Made by a program: the position numbers and the translations under genes
DNA from: the human T2T-CHM13v2.0 reference genome, Homo sapiens
Direction: 5' to 3' (one strand)
DNA length: 64,000 nucleotides
Assembly: GCF_009914755.1 (NCBI RefSeq)
Contig: NC_060930.1
Notes under the pieces: model-generated
The model's database searches: none
What the model was told of the DNA's origin: nothing
What the model saw: only the letters and a program-made list of their open reading frames with translations
Shown here: positions 13,610-28,396 of the stretch, one piece after another
Numbering within the stretch: position 1 is the first letter of the stretch
Layout: each line of letters starts with the position of its first letter

Positions 13610-14570
13610 CCAGGTATATCTGACTTCATCTTCTGTGCTTCTCTCCTTTGCTTCCTGGGCTCCAGACAAGCAAATCTTGCTGTTCTTTGAACACATCAAG
13701 AATGTGCCTGTCTCAAGGTTTACATATTTGCTGATCCCTTGACATGGGTAATGCTTCCCCAGAGAGTTTGCTCCTTACTTCATTCTAGCCTCTCATCCAA
13801 TATCACTTTGTCTAACATAACTCCCAATGATCTCTGCCTGCTTGTATTTACTAGGTGAGTGTGGGCTGGACCTAGTGACTCACTTGTAGCAAATAGAATG
13901 CAATGAAGTGATAGGATGCCACCTCCACAATGAGGTTACAAAAAGAGTCTGGCTTACATCTTTCATGCTCTGTACCAGTCTTTCTCATTCTATCTTTCTT
14001 AGAACTCTTGTCAATTGCCTTACGGACAGACCTATAAGGCAAGAAACTGATATCTGTGATCGAGAGCCAGTGAGCACCTGGGGCTTGTCACTGGCCATGT
14101 GAGTGAGCTTGGAAGCAGATACTCTCCCAGTTAAGCTTGGAAATGATTGCAGCCCCAACCCTGATGGCTGACTTGTGAGAGACCTCCTTGATTCACAGGC
14201 ACCCAGTTCATCTGCACCTGGATTGCTGACCCATGGAAATGGCGAAGTAATAAATGTTTGTTATTTTAAGCTGCTAAACCTCTGGATAATTTTTTATGCA
14301 GCCATAGACAACTAATCCAGAGGTGTTCCTTAGAAAACTATGTAAAATATCCCCACTGACACATACAATTCCCAGTACTCATTGTCCTCTTACCTTGTTT
14401 TTTCTCATTCAAGACATTTTTCATCATTCAAAGTATTATTATATGTTATATATGTGCTAACTTGCTGTCTGTCTCTCATTCCCCCAATAAAATAAGATGA
14501 GAACAGCATCTTATATCTAGGGCCCGAAACACTGCCTGGCCAAGCTACGTATATATCCATTACATATTTG
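13610..14570 (+). mobile_element. L2 fragment split by an MLT1F LTR
   Basis: gctgttctttgaacacatcaag...cttacttcattc before the LTR; L2 3' end ctagggcccgaaacactgcctggc after it. Confidence 0.6.
13818..14319 (+). mobile_element. MLT1F-like MaLR solo LTR
   Basis: gagtgtgggctggacctagtgactcac...ccatgtgagtgagcttggaagcagat...aataaatgtttgttattttaagctgctaa...gcagccatagacaactaatcca. Confidence 0.85.
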
Positions 14571-15267
14571 ACACCTTTATATAAAATTTGAAAAAAAAGT
14601 CTAGACTATAAGGCAGGCTCCTTTTAGCTAGATATATTCTACATATATTCAGACCTCAACTCAAGGACAGAGGCCATCACAGAAAACCAGAAGAATGAGA
14701 AATTCCTTAAGCTACTGTGTCCCTTTTTCCCTAGGATCAGGCAAACACACTACTAATTCATCATACACTTAAAAATATTTGGAAAGGAGGAATAAGCAGA
14801 GAAGACAACTACCTCTCTGGTCAAGAGGAGCTGTGAGGGCCTGATCCAGCCACAGGGTGAAAATCACTATGGGAACTCATTAGTGAGGGTTTAACTGAGC
14901 CATCAGAGAGGCAAGGCTGGAGCGAGGCATCCAAAGGGGCCAGGCAAGGGTGGAATGGAGGCTAGTCCAGAATTGGGACAGGGACAGAGGCGGAATCTGG
15001 TTCTTGGTTGAGCCACAGCTTCAGGAACCAGCAGCAGGCTGAGAGAGAGAGAGATGGACCCCAAGGAAGTTCTTTTTCTGCCCAAGCCAGAGTACAGGTC
15101 GAGGCATCAAGGCTGGAGTGGAAGGCTGGGAATCAGGCATTTTCTCATAGATTGTAGGACGAGTAAGAGCAGAAGGTACAAGTGAGATGACACGAGACAT
15201 CTCCACGGAGCTGTGACTACAGATAGGTCTGCATACATAGACAGTGTTCATTCAAAGTACATTGTAG

Positions 15268-15446
<179 letters not shown>

Positions 15447-15637
15447 TCAATGGTTTTATGTGGGATCAATGGTTTTATGAGCAAGGTGGAAACCTAACAA
15501 CCATTCATGATATCATTTTTATGTTAAGATGATTTGAGTATTCCAAGCAACTAATGCAAAAGCAGAAATTTTGAAGAATCCTAAATTTGAGTTTACTTGA
15601 ATTAACAATTTCTGTCAATCGTGGAAGCTGCTGCTAT

Positions 15638-15656
15638 GGCCCACTAGGTGGCAGTA
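15638..15656 (+). promoter_or_regulatory. Candidate CTCF binding site
   Basis: ggcCCACTAGGTGGCAGta fits the CCASYAGRKGGCRS core perfectly, in apparently non-repeat DNA. Confidence 0.7.
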
Positions 15657-16253
15657 TGGGAGTGATTTGCTGGTTAACAGAAAATGGAATAGGCTTGACT
15701 CTCAAGCCACTAGTTTGTTTTTTTCCTAGCATTTAAAAGTTGACAATAGAAAATGTTCATGGAATAATAGATGGAAAGTCAGACAAGGACTATCATGCAA
15801 AGGCCATTGACATATAAAATAAAACCGTTTTACAAGCAGTTACCATGGAGCATTTTATAAAAAGTCAAAACAGCAAATAATGTCTGCTGTTCATAATAAA
15901 TATAATGTTTTTAAGTGATTCTTCTGATAGGTGAATGTTAGACAGATATAAAATAGAGACAAGTGAGAGAACAGGACAACGGATACCTCTTTCCCAGACC
16001 TTGCAAAAACCAGGCTCCCTGAAGCCTCTATGTTGGGGTTTTCAGTTCCCAGATCCCTACTTCCTCTTTACCCATCCACACTCCTGGCTTCCCTGTGAGA
16101 TGCTCTTGGCAGCAAATCCCTGACAAGTCACATCATTCAAGTATCTTAATTCACTCTTTCACTTGTATTTCCCTGAAATTATGGACAAAGACACACTAAT
16201 ATTTTGCAAGGTAAAATTTCCAATTTTTTTTTTTTTTGTATGATGAGTGCTTA

Positions 16254-16604
<351 letters not shown>

Positions 16605-17929
16605 GAATTTCCCATCCAATCAGGTTCTAAGGGAAAAGGGCAGAAAATGTGTCTTCTGGTTCCCTTTCATTAGTGTCTTTTAAGTGCTGGCTATGCAGCA
16701 TATGCTCAATAAATATTTAAACCAATGAATGAATAAATAAATGGCTCAATATGATGGTGTGCATGGGATGCACAAGGGATGAATGAATAAATACACTCTG
16801 GCATTTAACATCTTGGAACTTTTTTTTTATAACATATCAATCTTGCATGATTCAAAATAGAACACTTTAAATTTAAATAAACCTTCAAAATGTCTTAACA
16901 TTTTACATAGAGCAAATTACTGTTAATAATTTACAAAGTTTAGAAAGTTTAGTTTGGAAAGATTAGTTTAATCTCAAAATACTGATCTAGGATAGCAGGC
17001 TTTTTAAATTAGCAGTTACCTTCGAGATCATTAGGTCAACCCTCTTATTTTCAGATTAGAAACGAGGACTCATATTTAGTGCTTTTTTCTCCTTTTAAAC
17101 AGATTGCTGCTCGAATTTGGCAAAAGCCATACATATGATGAGTATGTTAACTGTGATTGATTTTGCTGTTAAGAAATGTTTGTGAAGAATATTCTTGACA
17201 GTCTATATTTTTCATATGGTTGAATGAATTTGTGTAATATTAAGGCATAATTATTTTTGGAACTAGCTTTTTTTACCATCAAAATATAAAGTTTCATTCT
17301 TAGACACTTTTCAAATTGTGAAGCACTTTCTGGAGTGTTTGTATCAGCTTACTCTACTTTCTTTCCCCTTGAAGTTATTTCTCTTTTCTTAAAGAAAGTA
17401 GGTTAAAATGCTGCTTATTAGGAAAATTAGGCTGGGAAGAAGCCGAAAGATCTGTTAAATACCTCAAGTGAATTCCTGAATTCAAAAAATCTGAACATTA
17501 TCCTTGAAAACAGCTGAAAGTAAAATAACAAAAACTACTTTTTGGAGAACATTTTTTTTTTTTTGGAATAGAAAAATGTTAACTCATTCACAGATCTTGC
17601 CCAGATGCAATCGCCTACTGGTCTGGGTTCAGCCTACACACAAGAACAAATTCTTTCCCGGTGCCTCACACTGTGAGGCTGCAGTCCAATCTTGCCAAGG
17701 AGCCAGGGGTTCTTGTGTATCTTTTTATTGCTTTAAATTATAAGTTTGTCATTTTAAATTGAACATCTTTTTACTGCCATAAATATCAGTGGAGCCTTAA
17801 ATGAAATACTGCACGTACAATTCAGCTCTGAAGAACTATATCCATCCATTCATAAACAAGAGCTCTATCGAGCAGGTTTTTCCTTTAGCAGAAATCTCAT
17901 TGTAGTTTTATGTATTTATGTATATGTAG

Positions 17930-18477
17930 TATGTTAGTCAGGGTTCTCCAGAGAAAAAGAACTTATATATAGAGAGATATGTAAGAAGGGATTTATTATG
18001 GAAATTGACTCATATGATTATGGAGGCCAAGAGTCCCTTGATATGGTGTCTGCAAGGAGAGCTAAGGAAGCTGTGTGAGGACAAAAGACCTGCGAACCTC
18101 GTGAGCTGTTCCTGCTGCAAACTCCAGAGTCTGAAGGCTGGAGAACCTGGAGGTCTGATGTCCAAGGGCAGGAGATGGTGGTGTCCCAGCTCCTGAAGAG
18201 AGAGAATTCACCTTCCCTCTGTCTTATTGTTCAGGCTCTCGACAGATTGGATGATGCCCACCCACACTCGTGAGGGCCATCTTCTTGACTCAGTCTACTA
18301 ATTCAAATGTTCATCTCTTCTGGAAACATCCTCACAGAAAATAAGATTGTTTAATAGGATGCTCAAATGCTCATCTCTTCTGGAAACATCCTCACAGACA
18401 CACCCAGAAATAATACTTTACCAGCTATCTGGATATCCCTTAAGCCAGTCAAGGTGACACCAAAATTAAGCATCACG
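17930..18477 (-). mobile_element. MLT2B-like (ERVL) solo LTR
   Basis: tgttagtcagggttctccagagaaa...gattggatgatgcccacccacac...cctcacagacacacccagaaataa...ccagtcaaggtgacac. Confidence 0.88.
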
Positions 18478-18564
18478 CTGTGTATGATTTATGTATTTCT
18501 TTATATTTTTGGCACAATTCAATGCTGAAATTACTCTTTAAATGTCATGGTTCGAGTGTTTTGA

Positions 18565-19430
18565 GTTCAATGTACCCGTTCCTGAACTCATCATCATCCT
18601 CTCCTCCCACAGTAATACCGATTTAGAGAATGGGCCACATCTAGCAGCTGCCCATCAAAAATCTAGAAGTTGACCGGCCTGGCTTTCACTTGCCTACTTT
18701 TCAATTCTGTCAGACACTTAATCCTCAAGTTTGCCTCCCATGCGTCTCCCTTACATGACTGCATCTGCCACGTGGGCAGGGACTTGGTTGATAAACTCAG
18801 GGGCATATTGAGCATAGTCCTTAAAACTCAACGAATGTCAGAGGAATGAATAAATGATGAATATTTATCCAATCTATCCCCTTATTTTCACTCTTGCCAT
18901 CTCGATCCTAGTTTAAGCATTAAGCATCTCTTATCTGGACTACTGCAGTAGCTTATAGTTTGGATTTTCTGACTCTATTTGTATGTCAGCCACCTGCCTT
19001 AATTCTAGCCTCATGTTTCTCTACTCTTGTCCTATGTTGTATGCTTAAATACTACTGAGCTGATTATGTCTCCTGCCATATACCCTGATATCTCCTGCCC
19101 CTATGACTTTACCTAGGATGTTTCCATCTCTAGAAATGCCTGGTCATTTTTTTTTTTTTTTTGCAAACTTCTGCTCATCCTCATTGCTGAGCCAATGTGA
19201 CGTATTTTTTAGTAACTTTTTTCTGAAGTCCCAGGTTGTATTACATGCCCCCTTTCTTTTGTCCTATTGTACCTTGTACATTTCTCTAACTGAATTCTTG
19301 TATCACATTCTATTTTACTGTTCATCTGTCTGGCTTTCTCTCTGTGCTCCTTTTGGGTAGGAATTCTTTCTTAAACATTGTAGTAATTTTAATGGTGCAC
19401 AGAAGGCAGTCCATAAATATTTGTACTTGT
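18565..19430 (+). mobile_element. Fragmented L2
   Basis: catctcttatctggactactgcagtagc; 3' end atggtgcacagaaggcagtccataaatatttg. Confidence 0.55.
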
Positions 19431-19510
19431 TTTTTCTTTTTGTGGAATGAACAACTTGGATGCCACAGGAATTTAGGATCGCCACTAATTACGAGTGTGT
19501 CTGCCATAGC

Positions 19511-19653
19511 TAGGGCCACTGAGTACAGCTGTACACATTGTGCACTGCACTATTCTGGGCATGGGTACTAGTCCCATAGAGGATAATGTGAACGTCTACT
19601 CCACCACTCCAGTTGTAAACTGCACCAGTCATCCAACCACAGGCACTACCCTG
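19511..19653. mobile_element. MER91C-like palindromic MITE relic
   Basis: tagggcc...ttgtgcactgcac...aatgtgaac...gttgtaaactgcac...ccctg. Confidence 0.55.
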
Positions 19654-20489
19654 GTGGATATAGATGAGATACTGCAGTGAATACCATTTTTAACTGTAAG
19701 ATAGTTATATTTTAAATTGTAATTTATTTCAGGTTTTTAATAATTGGATTTATAAACAAACATTGAACAAATAATTCCATTATAATTCACGTGATACTTT
19801 TTCTTTTCACAGGAAAGCATTTGTTTTAGCTTGGCATGTTTCTTCCCAGTATGTACCTCATAAATTATAAAATACTTTACCTTCCTTTCCTAGACTGTAT
19901 TCTTGTTTCCTTAAATGAATTTGAAACCCCGGGACATGAAGTTTATACAGATGGACAGCTATAAATCAATGAATTTTACTATGAAAAATAAGCATTGGCA
20001 TGTGCATTTTTTTCCATGAAACACATCAGTCAAAATTTAAACTTTAAAAAAAATCAGAGGCTAAAGAAGTTCATTCTAAAGAAAGCTGCCAGTAAACAGA
20101 TATTACCATTCTCCAGATTCTAGAACTGAACTAAATTGAATTTATCATTAAATATCAAATTTATAGCTTTTAAAAAGACATTAATTTTTCTCTAGAATAT
20201 CAGTAAGTCTCTTAAATATTAGAGATTTAGGGCTGAAAAACATGAAATTCTCTATTTAGTAACTAGCAAATTCTAAATTAATGGATGATAAACCAGACAA
20301 CTCTTTAAATAAAAATCAATCTAATAAAAATAGCCATTAGACTTATGCATCAAAAAGGTATCAAAATTAAAACTGAGTAAATGGTCAACTTGGCATGAAG
20401 CCTTACTAAGTTGATTAAAGTAGAGACTCACTAAATTGACAGCTGGTATTTACAATCTGTGTGGAACAGATATTGATATTAATATTTGT

Positions 20490-20650
20490 AATAACCACCA
20501 TATTGAGAAGTATGCATCCAGCATTATGCTAAATGTAAGATACTTTTTAACATTTTGTCATTTTAATACTCAGAAGAATTTATAAGGTAGAAGTGACTAC
20601 AATACCCATATTATGACTGATGAAACCTATACGTGAAGAGATCAACAAAG
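20490..20650 (-). mobile_element. MIR fragment
   Basis: ataaggtag...cccatattatgactgatgaaacc. Confidence 0.5.
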
Positions 20651-21809
20651 AAAATAAGGAAGAAGTGAATGAAAAATTAATTAAAAAGCATTTTTTCAAA
20701 CCAATCAGGAGAATTAATGAGGCAAGCATTGTTTATCTCCAGAAATGGGATTAAAATATTAAAATATGGACCAGCCAAGAAGGCTCTAACTCTCTAGATA
20801 TGGTCCATTCTACCCCTACCTGTAGCTGCCTGTCTTCTGTCTACTTTCTGAGTCTCCCATTGAAGCTGAGGTTTGAAATTCACCTGCTGATCAATGTTGC
20901 AGATCTCATGTGAGACCCTGGAAGTGGACCCATGGGATAATTGGCTGATACCCTTTCCACAGTTGCTCCTGGTAAGCCTATCGTGTGTTGGGACTCATGC
21001 CCCAATTCTGATTCATATTACAGGACCTGCTGGACCTGGAGCTATGTGCCCTGGTCTCTGATTGCTGGTTTTGGCCAAACAACAGCTCAGTACTTGCCAA
21101 CCCTCACTTCCTGGTGGGCTAAACTCTGTCTACTACCTAGAGGCTCTGGCTAGGGTCCTGTTTCAATTTGAAATTCACTTTTTCCCCACCTCTTTCAGGG
21201 TTAAGATGCTACCACTTATGTGCCATCAATGCCCAGGCAATACTAATCCCATAACTCCACCTAAAAGAGTAGGACTTCTGTATATTCACATTAGCCTATG
21301 AGGAAACTGAATCCAAGTTATCTTGGACTTTGAGGTTTTATTATCAGATGACTACACATGAGGTCAACCCAAAAGCAAGCTTGGTCCTCTCAGCCTCTAC
21401 TCTGCACACTGTCAGCTTACCTCCCTCAGCCCATCATGCTGACACTAGGATCAATTAGGCCTCAAGACCAAGGCTGTTTAGCCAAAAACAATTTCTGAAC
21501 CTTAGAAAAGCCTTCCATTTGTTCTAGTCATCCAAGTACCCAGTTTGCTGGAACTCTCTATCCACCTATTCTCAACTTCAAGAAATCTTCTGGATAAAAT
21601 ATAGAAAATCATTTGGGATCCAAAGTAGATAGTTGTAATGTAGAGAAATCTAAGTGGAAAGCAAGTAAGTGTAAGGTTTATGAGTATAAAGGAAAAATGG
21701 CAGATTTACCAAGACAAGGTTGAGAGTGTCAGAGGGAAACGAGAATATAAGAGATTGTCTTTAGATGGCCACAAGTAAGAGAGGGAGGGGATCTAGGTGT
21801 AGACCAATA

Positions 21810-21811
21810 TC

Positions 21812-21844
<33 letters not shown>
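21810..21844 (+). repeat. (CT)n microsatellite with one interruption
   Basis: Direct inspection. Confidence 0.9.
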
Positions 21845-22237
21845 TATCTATCACCTATCTATTATCTGCCTACTTATTTATATTACATGTATATGCCTTG
21901 GTCATTGTTAATCCGCTTCTACTTTCTGTTTGAATTTAGCAGACCATATTTTTCCAATTATCTTTGGTATGGTGGCTACCATCATTACCACTGCCTTTTT
22001 TATAGTAGCTAAATATAGATTAACAGAATCAATGAATCTCAAAAAAAAAAAAAAAAAGCCTGGTAAAGTTTAGTATTGCTAATTAGACCTGCCTCTATTA
22101 GCAAAACCACATTCATTCTGGGGACTAATGACATCTGCCTGATATCTTTACAATCCATTTTCACATAAAAAGCACCCAAAATGAGGTCCTGGATGGCAGT
22201 AGAATGAAATTTTTAAAAAGCCAAATGAAAATGGTTC

Positions 22238-22872
22238 AGTTGGTAGGAGTGTAAATTATTTCAACCATTGTGGAAGACAGTGTGGCGATTCCTCAAGGAT
22301 CTGGAACCAGAAATACCATTTGACCCAGCAATCTCATTACCGGGTATATACCCAAAGGATTATAAATCATTCTACTATAAAGACACATGCACACTTATGT
22401 TTACTGCAGAACTATTTACAATAGCAAAGACTTGGAACCAACCCAAATGCCCATCAATGATAGACTGGATAAAGAAAATGTGGCACATATATGTCATGGA
22501 GTACTATGCAGCCATAAAAAAGAATGAGTTCATGTCCTTTGCAGGGACATGGCTAAAGCTGGAAATCATCATCCTCAGCAAACTAACACAGGAACAGAAA
22601 ACCAAACACTGCATGTTCTCACTTATAAGAGGGAGTTGAACAATGAGAACACATGGACACAGGGAGGGGAACATCACACACTGGGGCCTGTTGGGGGGTG
22701 GGGGGAAAGGGGAGGGAGAGCATTAGGACAAACACTTAATGCATGCAGGGCTTAAAACCTAGATGACAGGGTGATAGGAGCAGCAAACCACCATGGCACA
22801 TGTATACCTATGTACCAAACCTGCACATTCAGCACATGTATCCCAGAACTTAAAGATAAAAAAGAAATGAAA
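22238..22872 (+). mobile_element. 5'-truncated L1 (L1PA8-like) 3' end
   Basis: ORF2 C-terminus (MWKTVWRFLKDLEPEIPFDPAI) plus 3'UTR gggcttaaaacctagatgac; TSD gaaaatggttc (22227-22237 / 22873-22883). Confidence 0.92.
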
Positions 22873-23799
22873 GAAAATGGTTCTGTGACTCTGATAAGTG
22901 TAGAAGAGATGAGTAATTGCAGCATAGTACATTTCATGTGTGATGAAGTAAGGATTGTTGCCTGAAAGGTCGGCAGGCCCAGAAGATGAGAGGATATTTT
23001 CTAAATTTGAGGTGGATAACAAAGGGCACTTGTACGTAATAGAGGGCATCCTATTAAATGCAAAGACATTTTGGGGTGTTGGTATAGAAGACCTGGGATG
23101 CAGTTAAAATGGCTATATTTTGTGATATAAACTTTCTTAAAATAGCCTATATGAATTTCTATTGCTATCTAAGCTTTAATCTACATAAATAATCTAAAGT
23201 TACCAATATCAGGACCTCAAAGCGTAGTGAGATTCAGTCATGTAGCTATGTTTTTGGAAGCTGGTTTACTTAGAAATATAACTGGATATGGCTGCTGGAG
23301 ATGGTTAGTTTAGAATAGGGAAAGGGAGGAAATTAAATTATGTGACCATTGAGTTTGAGGAACATTTTAATATCTTACTGAGGAAGTGTAGTTAAAGAAG
23401 AATTATGTAACTGATACTCCTGAGCTAGAAGAACTAAGAAGCCAGGAATTTGTAGCAACCAGTGGGGATACCAAAAATTACTGGTGGAAGGGGTAGATTG
23501 GAGGTGGCTTGGGTTTTTCTTCTGATGAGCTGAGTGAGCATCGGCTGTTTGGGTGCTACCTGCTCCCTTGACCCAGCTTGGAAGAATTAGGAAAAGAAAC
23601 TACAATCTCTACCACTTATAAAGTCTCTAGGTCACTTGGTACCATAAACATTCCTCTGTGCTCATTTATCTCTCTTAAGAATCTGAAAATCAGATTATTT
23701 GCTGACATTGATACTAAAAAGTGAACAGAATACGGATGAGTTTAGCTATCTGCAGAAGTCATTTTAAGGGATAGGATATTTCTTAGAATATAAGCTGGT

Positions 23800-24580
<781 letters not shown>

Positions 24581-24624
24581 TATATATGTATGTTTATGTG
24601 CTTCTGTGTGTTTATGACTTTACA

Positions 24625-25820
24625 TAGCATGGTGAGGTATGTATTCTCTTAAGAGGTGACATTTCACACAATACCTGGACATCGAGGTGAAGTAGGCTCT
24701 GCAATCATTAGGGGTTAATCATGCCAGGCAGGCATGCTCTGATTTCTGCTTAAAAGTATCTCTGACTGTCATTTTGAGGGTAGTTTGTGAAAATTTAAAA
24801 GTGGAATCAATGGATTAGTTAGGAGGCTATGGCAGTAGATAAAACAAAATACAATGATGGTTGAATTAGGATGGTAGTGATAGAACTAGAACAGAGGTGA
24901 TAAGCTTGTGGCATTCTTTGGAGTAGAGTTGCCAGGGCTTGAGGATTTGAACATGAAAGGGAAAGTTATGAGATGAATGGATTGTGGTTCCTAGATTTTG
25001 GTTTTGAGTAATTGAGGCTGTAGAAGGTGGTGCTACTTATGGAGAAGGAAAAGATTGGGTAAGATTAGAAGGAAAGCAGGAGTTCTGTTTTAGACATGTT
25101 AAGTTTGAGAGGTAAATTACATATTCAGATGGAAATGTCAAGAAAGCATCTATATATATGAGTTTGGAGCAAAAGGGAGGGGTTAGAGGTAAAGTCAGAG
25201 AAAGTGTCCTGGTCAGTCCAATAGTTAGAATTTGACAGAGAAGGTGTCAGAAGTGGGACTGAAGAAGGTAGCAGTTGAGGTGGGTGGAAAACCACAGAAG
25301 TGGAGTATTTTAGAAGGAGCACTCAAGTATATTGAATAACATGCTGACAGCTCATGAAAGTAGCAAACAGAAAAGTGATGGTTGGATTTGACAATATGGG
25401 GGAATTTTGTGCTCTCAACCTCAGTGGTTTGAGTGGAGATATGCAGCTAAGTAGGCTAAGGAGAAAACTAGGAAATGAGAAAATTTAGGCCATTAGAATG
25501 TTCAGATTTTTAGAAAGAATTTTGCTGTGAAGGAGAAAGAATTAGCTGAGGGAACCCTAGGTCCCGAGAGGCTGTTTGTGGTTGTTTTATTGAAGGAGAG
25601 ATACTATAGCACCTGCAAGCTGATACAGCAGAAACATCTTTATGTACTGGAGGAGATACGATCCAGACCTGTGGAGGAACTGCTATAATTTTTATATTGT
25701 AGCAGAAGAGAAGGAAGAAAGTAAAGATCAGATGCAAGCCACTTGGTAGATTTAGTGATTAGAACATAATCATTGTGCTTATTTCCTCAATAAAGTTCAA
25801 GACAGGGCCACAGTTGAGTA

Positions 25821-25867
<47 letters not shown>

Positions 25868-25960
25868 AGGGGGTGACAAGTTTTGAGGAGTGATGAGAAG
25901 GTGTAAATCAGTCTTCTGGCAGAGTAGAAAAGCAAATCTTCTGGGGATATGTATTAGGAT
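24625..25960 (-). mobile_element. L2 internal fragments
   Basis: agttaggaggctatggcag...gagttctgttttagacatgttaagtttgaga...gtttggagc. Confidence 0.7.
25825..25864 (+). repeat. (TG)20 microsatellite
   Basis: Directly counted; alternating purine-pyrimidine tract. Confidence 0.98.
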
Positions 25961-27254
25961 TATGACCTAGGTCTTTTTTGCTAAAGGTTTTCAGCATGAA
26001 AACATATTTTACTATAATATTTGAGACATGCAAAAGAGTATTTGTTGTGCATGTGTAAGTTATGAATTATATATAATAAAGCAAAGACTGATACTCCCAC
26101 CACCCATTCAAGATTTAGACTTTTGACTTTGACCCACAACCACCCATGTCCCTTTGTGCTCCTCCCTGATCTCATTGCTCCACCTTCTCCTCAGGAGTAA
26201 CTAAGATTCCGAGATGTATATTGTAACTTAAGTATGAACTAGTGGTTCAGCACATCATAACCCTTTTCTGAATGATTGCTTCATGACTGACTACTAGCAA
26301 TTATATTGTTAAATAGACTTGGATCAATTAGCAATTCCACTGGAAGCTGAGTCTAATTTAATATAGAATTTTGAGTAGCTCATATTTAATTCCTTTAAAA
26401 TTAAACCTTGAAGAAGGGACCTTTACTATTTTAAATCAATATAAAATCTGATATAAGCTCTTGTACTGTCCGACAGGGGAGACATTTAGTTTTAGTCATT
26501 AAGGCTGCATAAAAATCAAGGAAATGTTTTGGTGCTGACAGATGGAGAAAGAGAGTTTCATCTCTAGCTCATCACAGTCATCTATAGTCACGCTTCAAGC
26601 CTGTGTGCTCTCTGCTTCCATGCCACATGGAGGCCCAGGAATCTTTTCTAAGGCTGCAGACTCTGGGCTTGGGACCCAGTTTCTCTGGACTCAGAGGATA
26701 GCCAGACTCCTCAGTGGGGCTGCCGCTTCTCTGAGGCTCTGCCAAGGAGCTATGCTCAGGTTCCTGCACAGAAAATACCATTCTTTTTCTTCTCTGGATA
26801 AATCTTTCCTCCTCCCTCTGTTGACCTCAAAGGCACTGCTTTCTCCTTCCTCATCCCCTGGCACACTTACCATAATAATATCGGGGAGCATAGGTTTTAA
26901 AAAAAACTAAGAATATTCTCTGATTTCAAGTGGCTTCTGCTGTCCATCCTGCCACAAATATCATCTGAGGCAAAGAAGCACAACCACGCTCATTGCTTGA
27001 AATTGGTGGTGGGAAGAGAGGAGGAGGGAAACACATTTAAACAAATTACTATCTCAGTGGAAGATCTTGCAACACTTCTACATAAGCCATGGGCATATTA
27101 TTAAAGAAAAAACTTTTAAGGAAAAAAACAAACAAAAAAAGACTGTGGTCCTCACGGCATTGGGTTTTGGTCTAATGCAGTCCTTTCCTGAAAAAAAGGT
27201 AGATACCCACATAGTTCACCTCTTTCATTTTACAGATGAGGCAATTGAGTTTCA

Positions 27255-27457
27255 GAGGCAACATAGTATGGTAGAAACAGCAACGGCTTTAAAATGAGCA
27301 GAACTAAGTTAATTTCTTGATTCTGCTACTTGTTAAGGTCAGTAATCTTGGGCAAGTTATACAGTCTCTCTGAGATTCACCTTCTTGATATATAAAACGG
27401 GGATCATTACACTTGCCTTCCAAGGTTGTTGGGAAGATTTAAAGAGGTTACATGCAT
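27255..27457 (+). mobile_element. MIR SINE, preceded by an oppositely oriented MIR piece at ~27210-27258
   Basis: atcttgggcaagttatacagtctctctgag...ggttgttgggaagatttaa; upstream cattttacagatgaggcaattgag. Confidence 0.7.
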
Positions 27458-28396
27458 TTCCAGTATCTTACCCAGAGACTCGTATTTGGAAGATATTCAA
27501 CAATGCTGGTTTCTTCCCCCTTACTCAAAACTATATATACAATGTGTGGCAGATCCAGAATGAAAGCCCATGTTCCCCAACTTCTGGTATAGTTCTTTTT
27601 ATGCTGCACCATCCGTGTGGTTATCTGAGAAATGCAGGGAGATGTGAACAACCAGGTTATATTTACAGTAGACAAATCTGTTACCAGCAGACAGCCAGCA
27701 TGCATGCTTAGTGTGAAAAGGACAGCATGTCATTTATCAATCAACTCTTTTCATTTAAAAGATTTATAATATTTGCAAAACACTTGGCAATATCAATCAC
27801 CTTTGTCTCTGAGCTGCAGGGGATGGGGCCAAGACCTGACAGCAGCAAAGGGTTAGGCTCCCAGCCGCTATTTTTCTCAAAGTTGGCTTTCCTATTCCCA
27901 AAGATGAGCCAAGTGGTCAGCAGGCAGTCAATTAGCAGATTTTTCATGCTCCAGGGTGAATGGAAATACAGCCAAGGTTGTGGGTTCTCTCCCTGTATGA
28001 GTAGGTTCATTCCAAAACCAGAAAACAATGTGCCAAGACTGAGTAGTATAGCCCTGATCCCAACCAACACTAACTCTCCAATGTATATGACTTGTCGCCT
28101 GACAAACACATCAAGGAATATGATGGCTTAGCTCAACTGAGTTGCCACTCAGGAGACAATTCCATTAATGCATCTTCCTGATAGAGGGCCACCTGTGTCC
28201 TACTAAGTGAAGGACAATGTACTCATTACATGCTATAGATACAAACAAGTCAGATACACAATCATTATTCATTTATCCACTCAATCAACATGATCAAAGC
28301 TGGGGTTTTGTAAGCCAACATTATCAAACACATACTCTGTGTCAGTAGATGACTATGCTTCAGCTATTAAGATAAAAGCTAACATTTAGTAATACA

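Noticed and set aside
15447-15479. Direct repeat tcaatggttttatg x2
   Set aside because: Small local duplication beside an Alu tail; it does not flank the Alu, so it is not a TSD
27727-28131. Overlapping 134-aa (+) and 122-aa (-) ORFs
   Set aside because: No recognisable domain or exon context; lengths are within chance range
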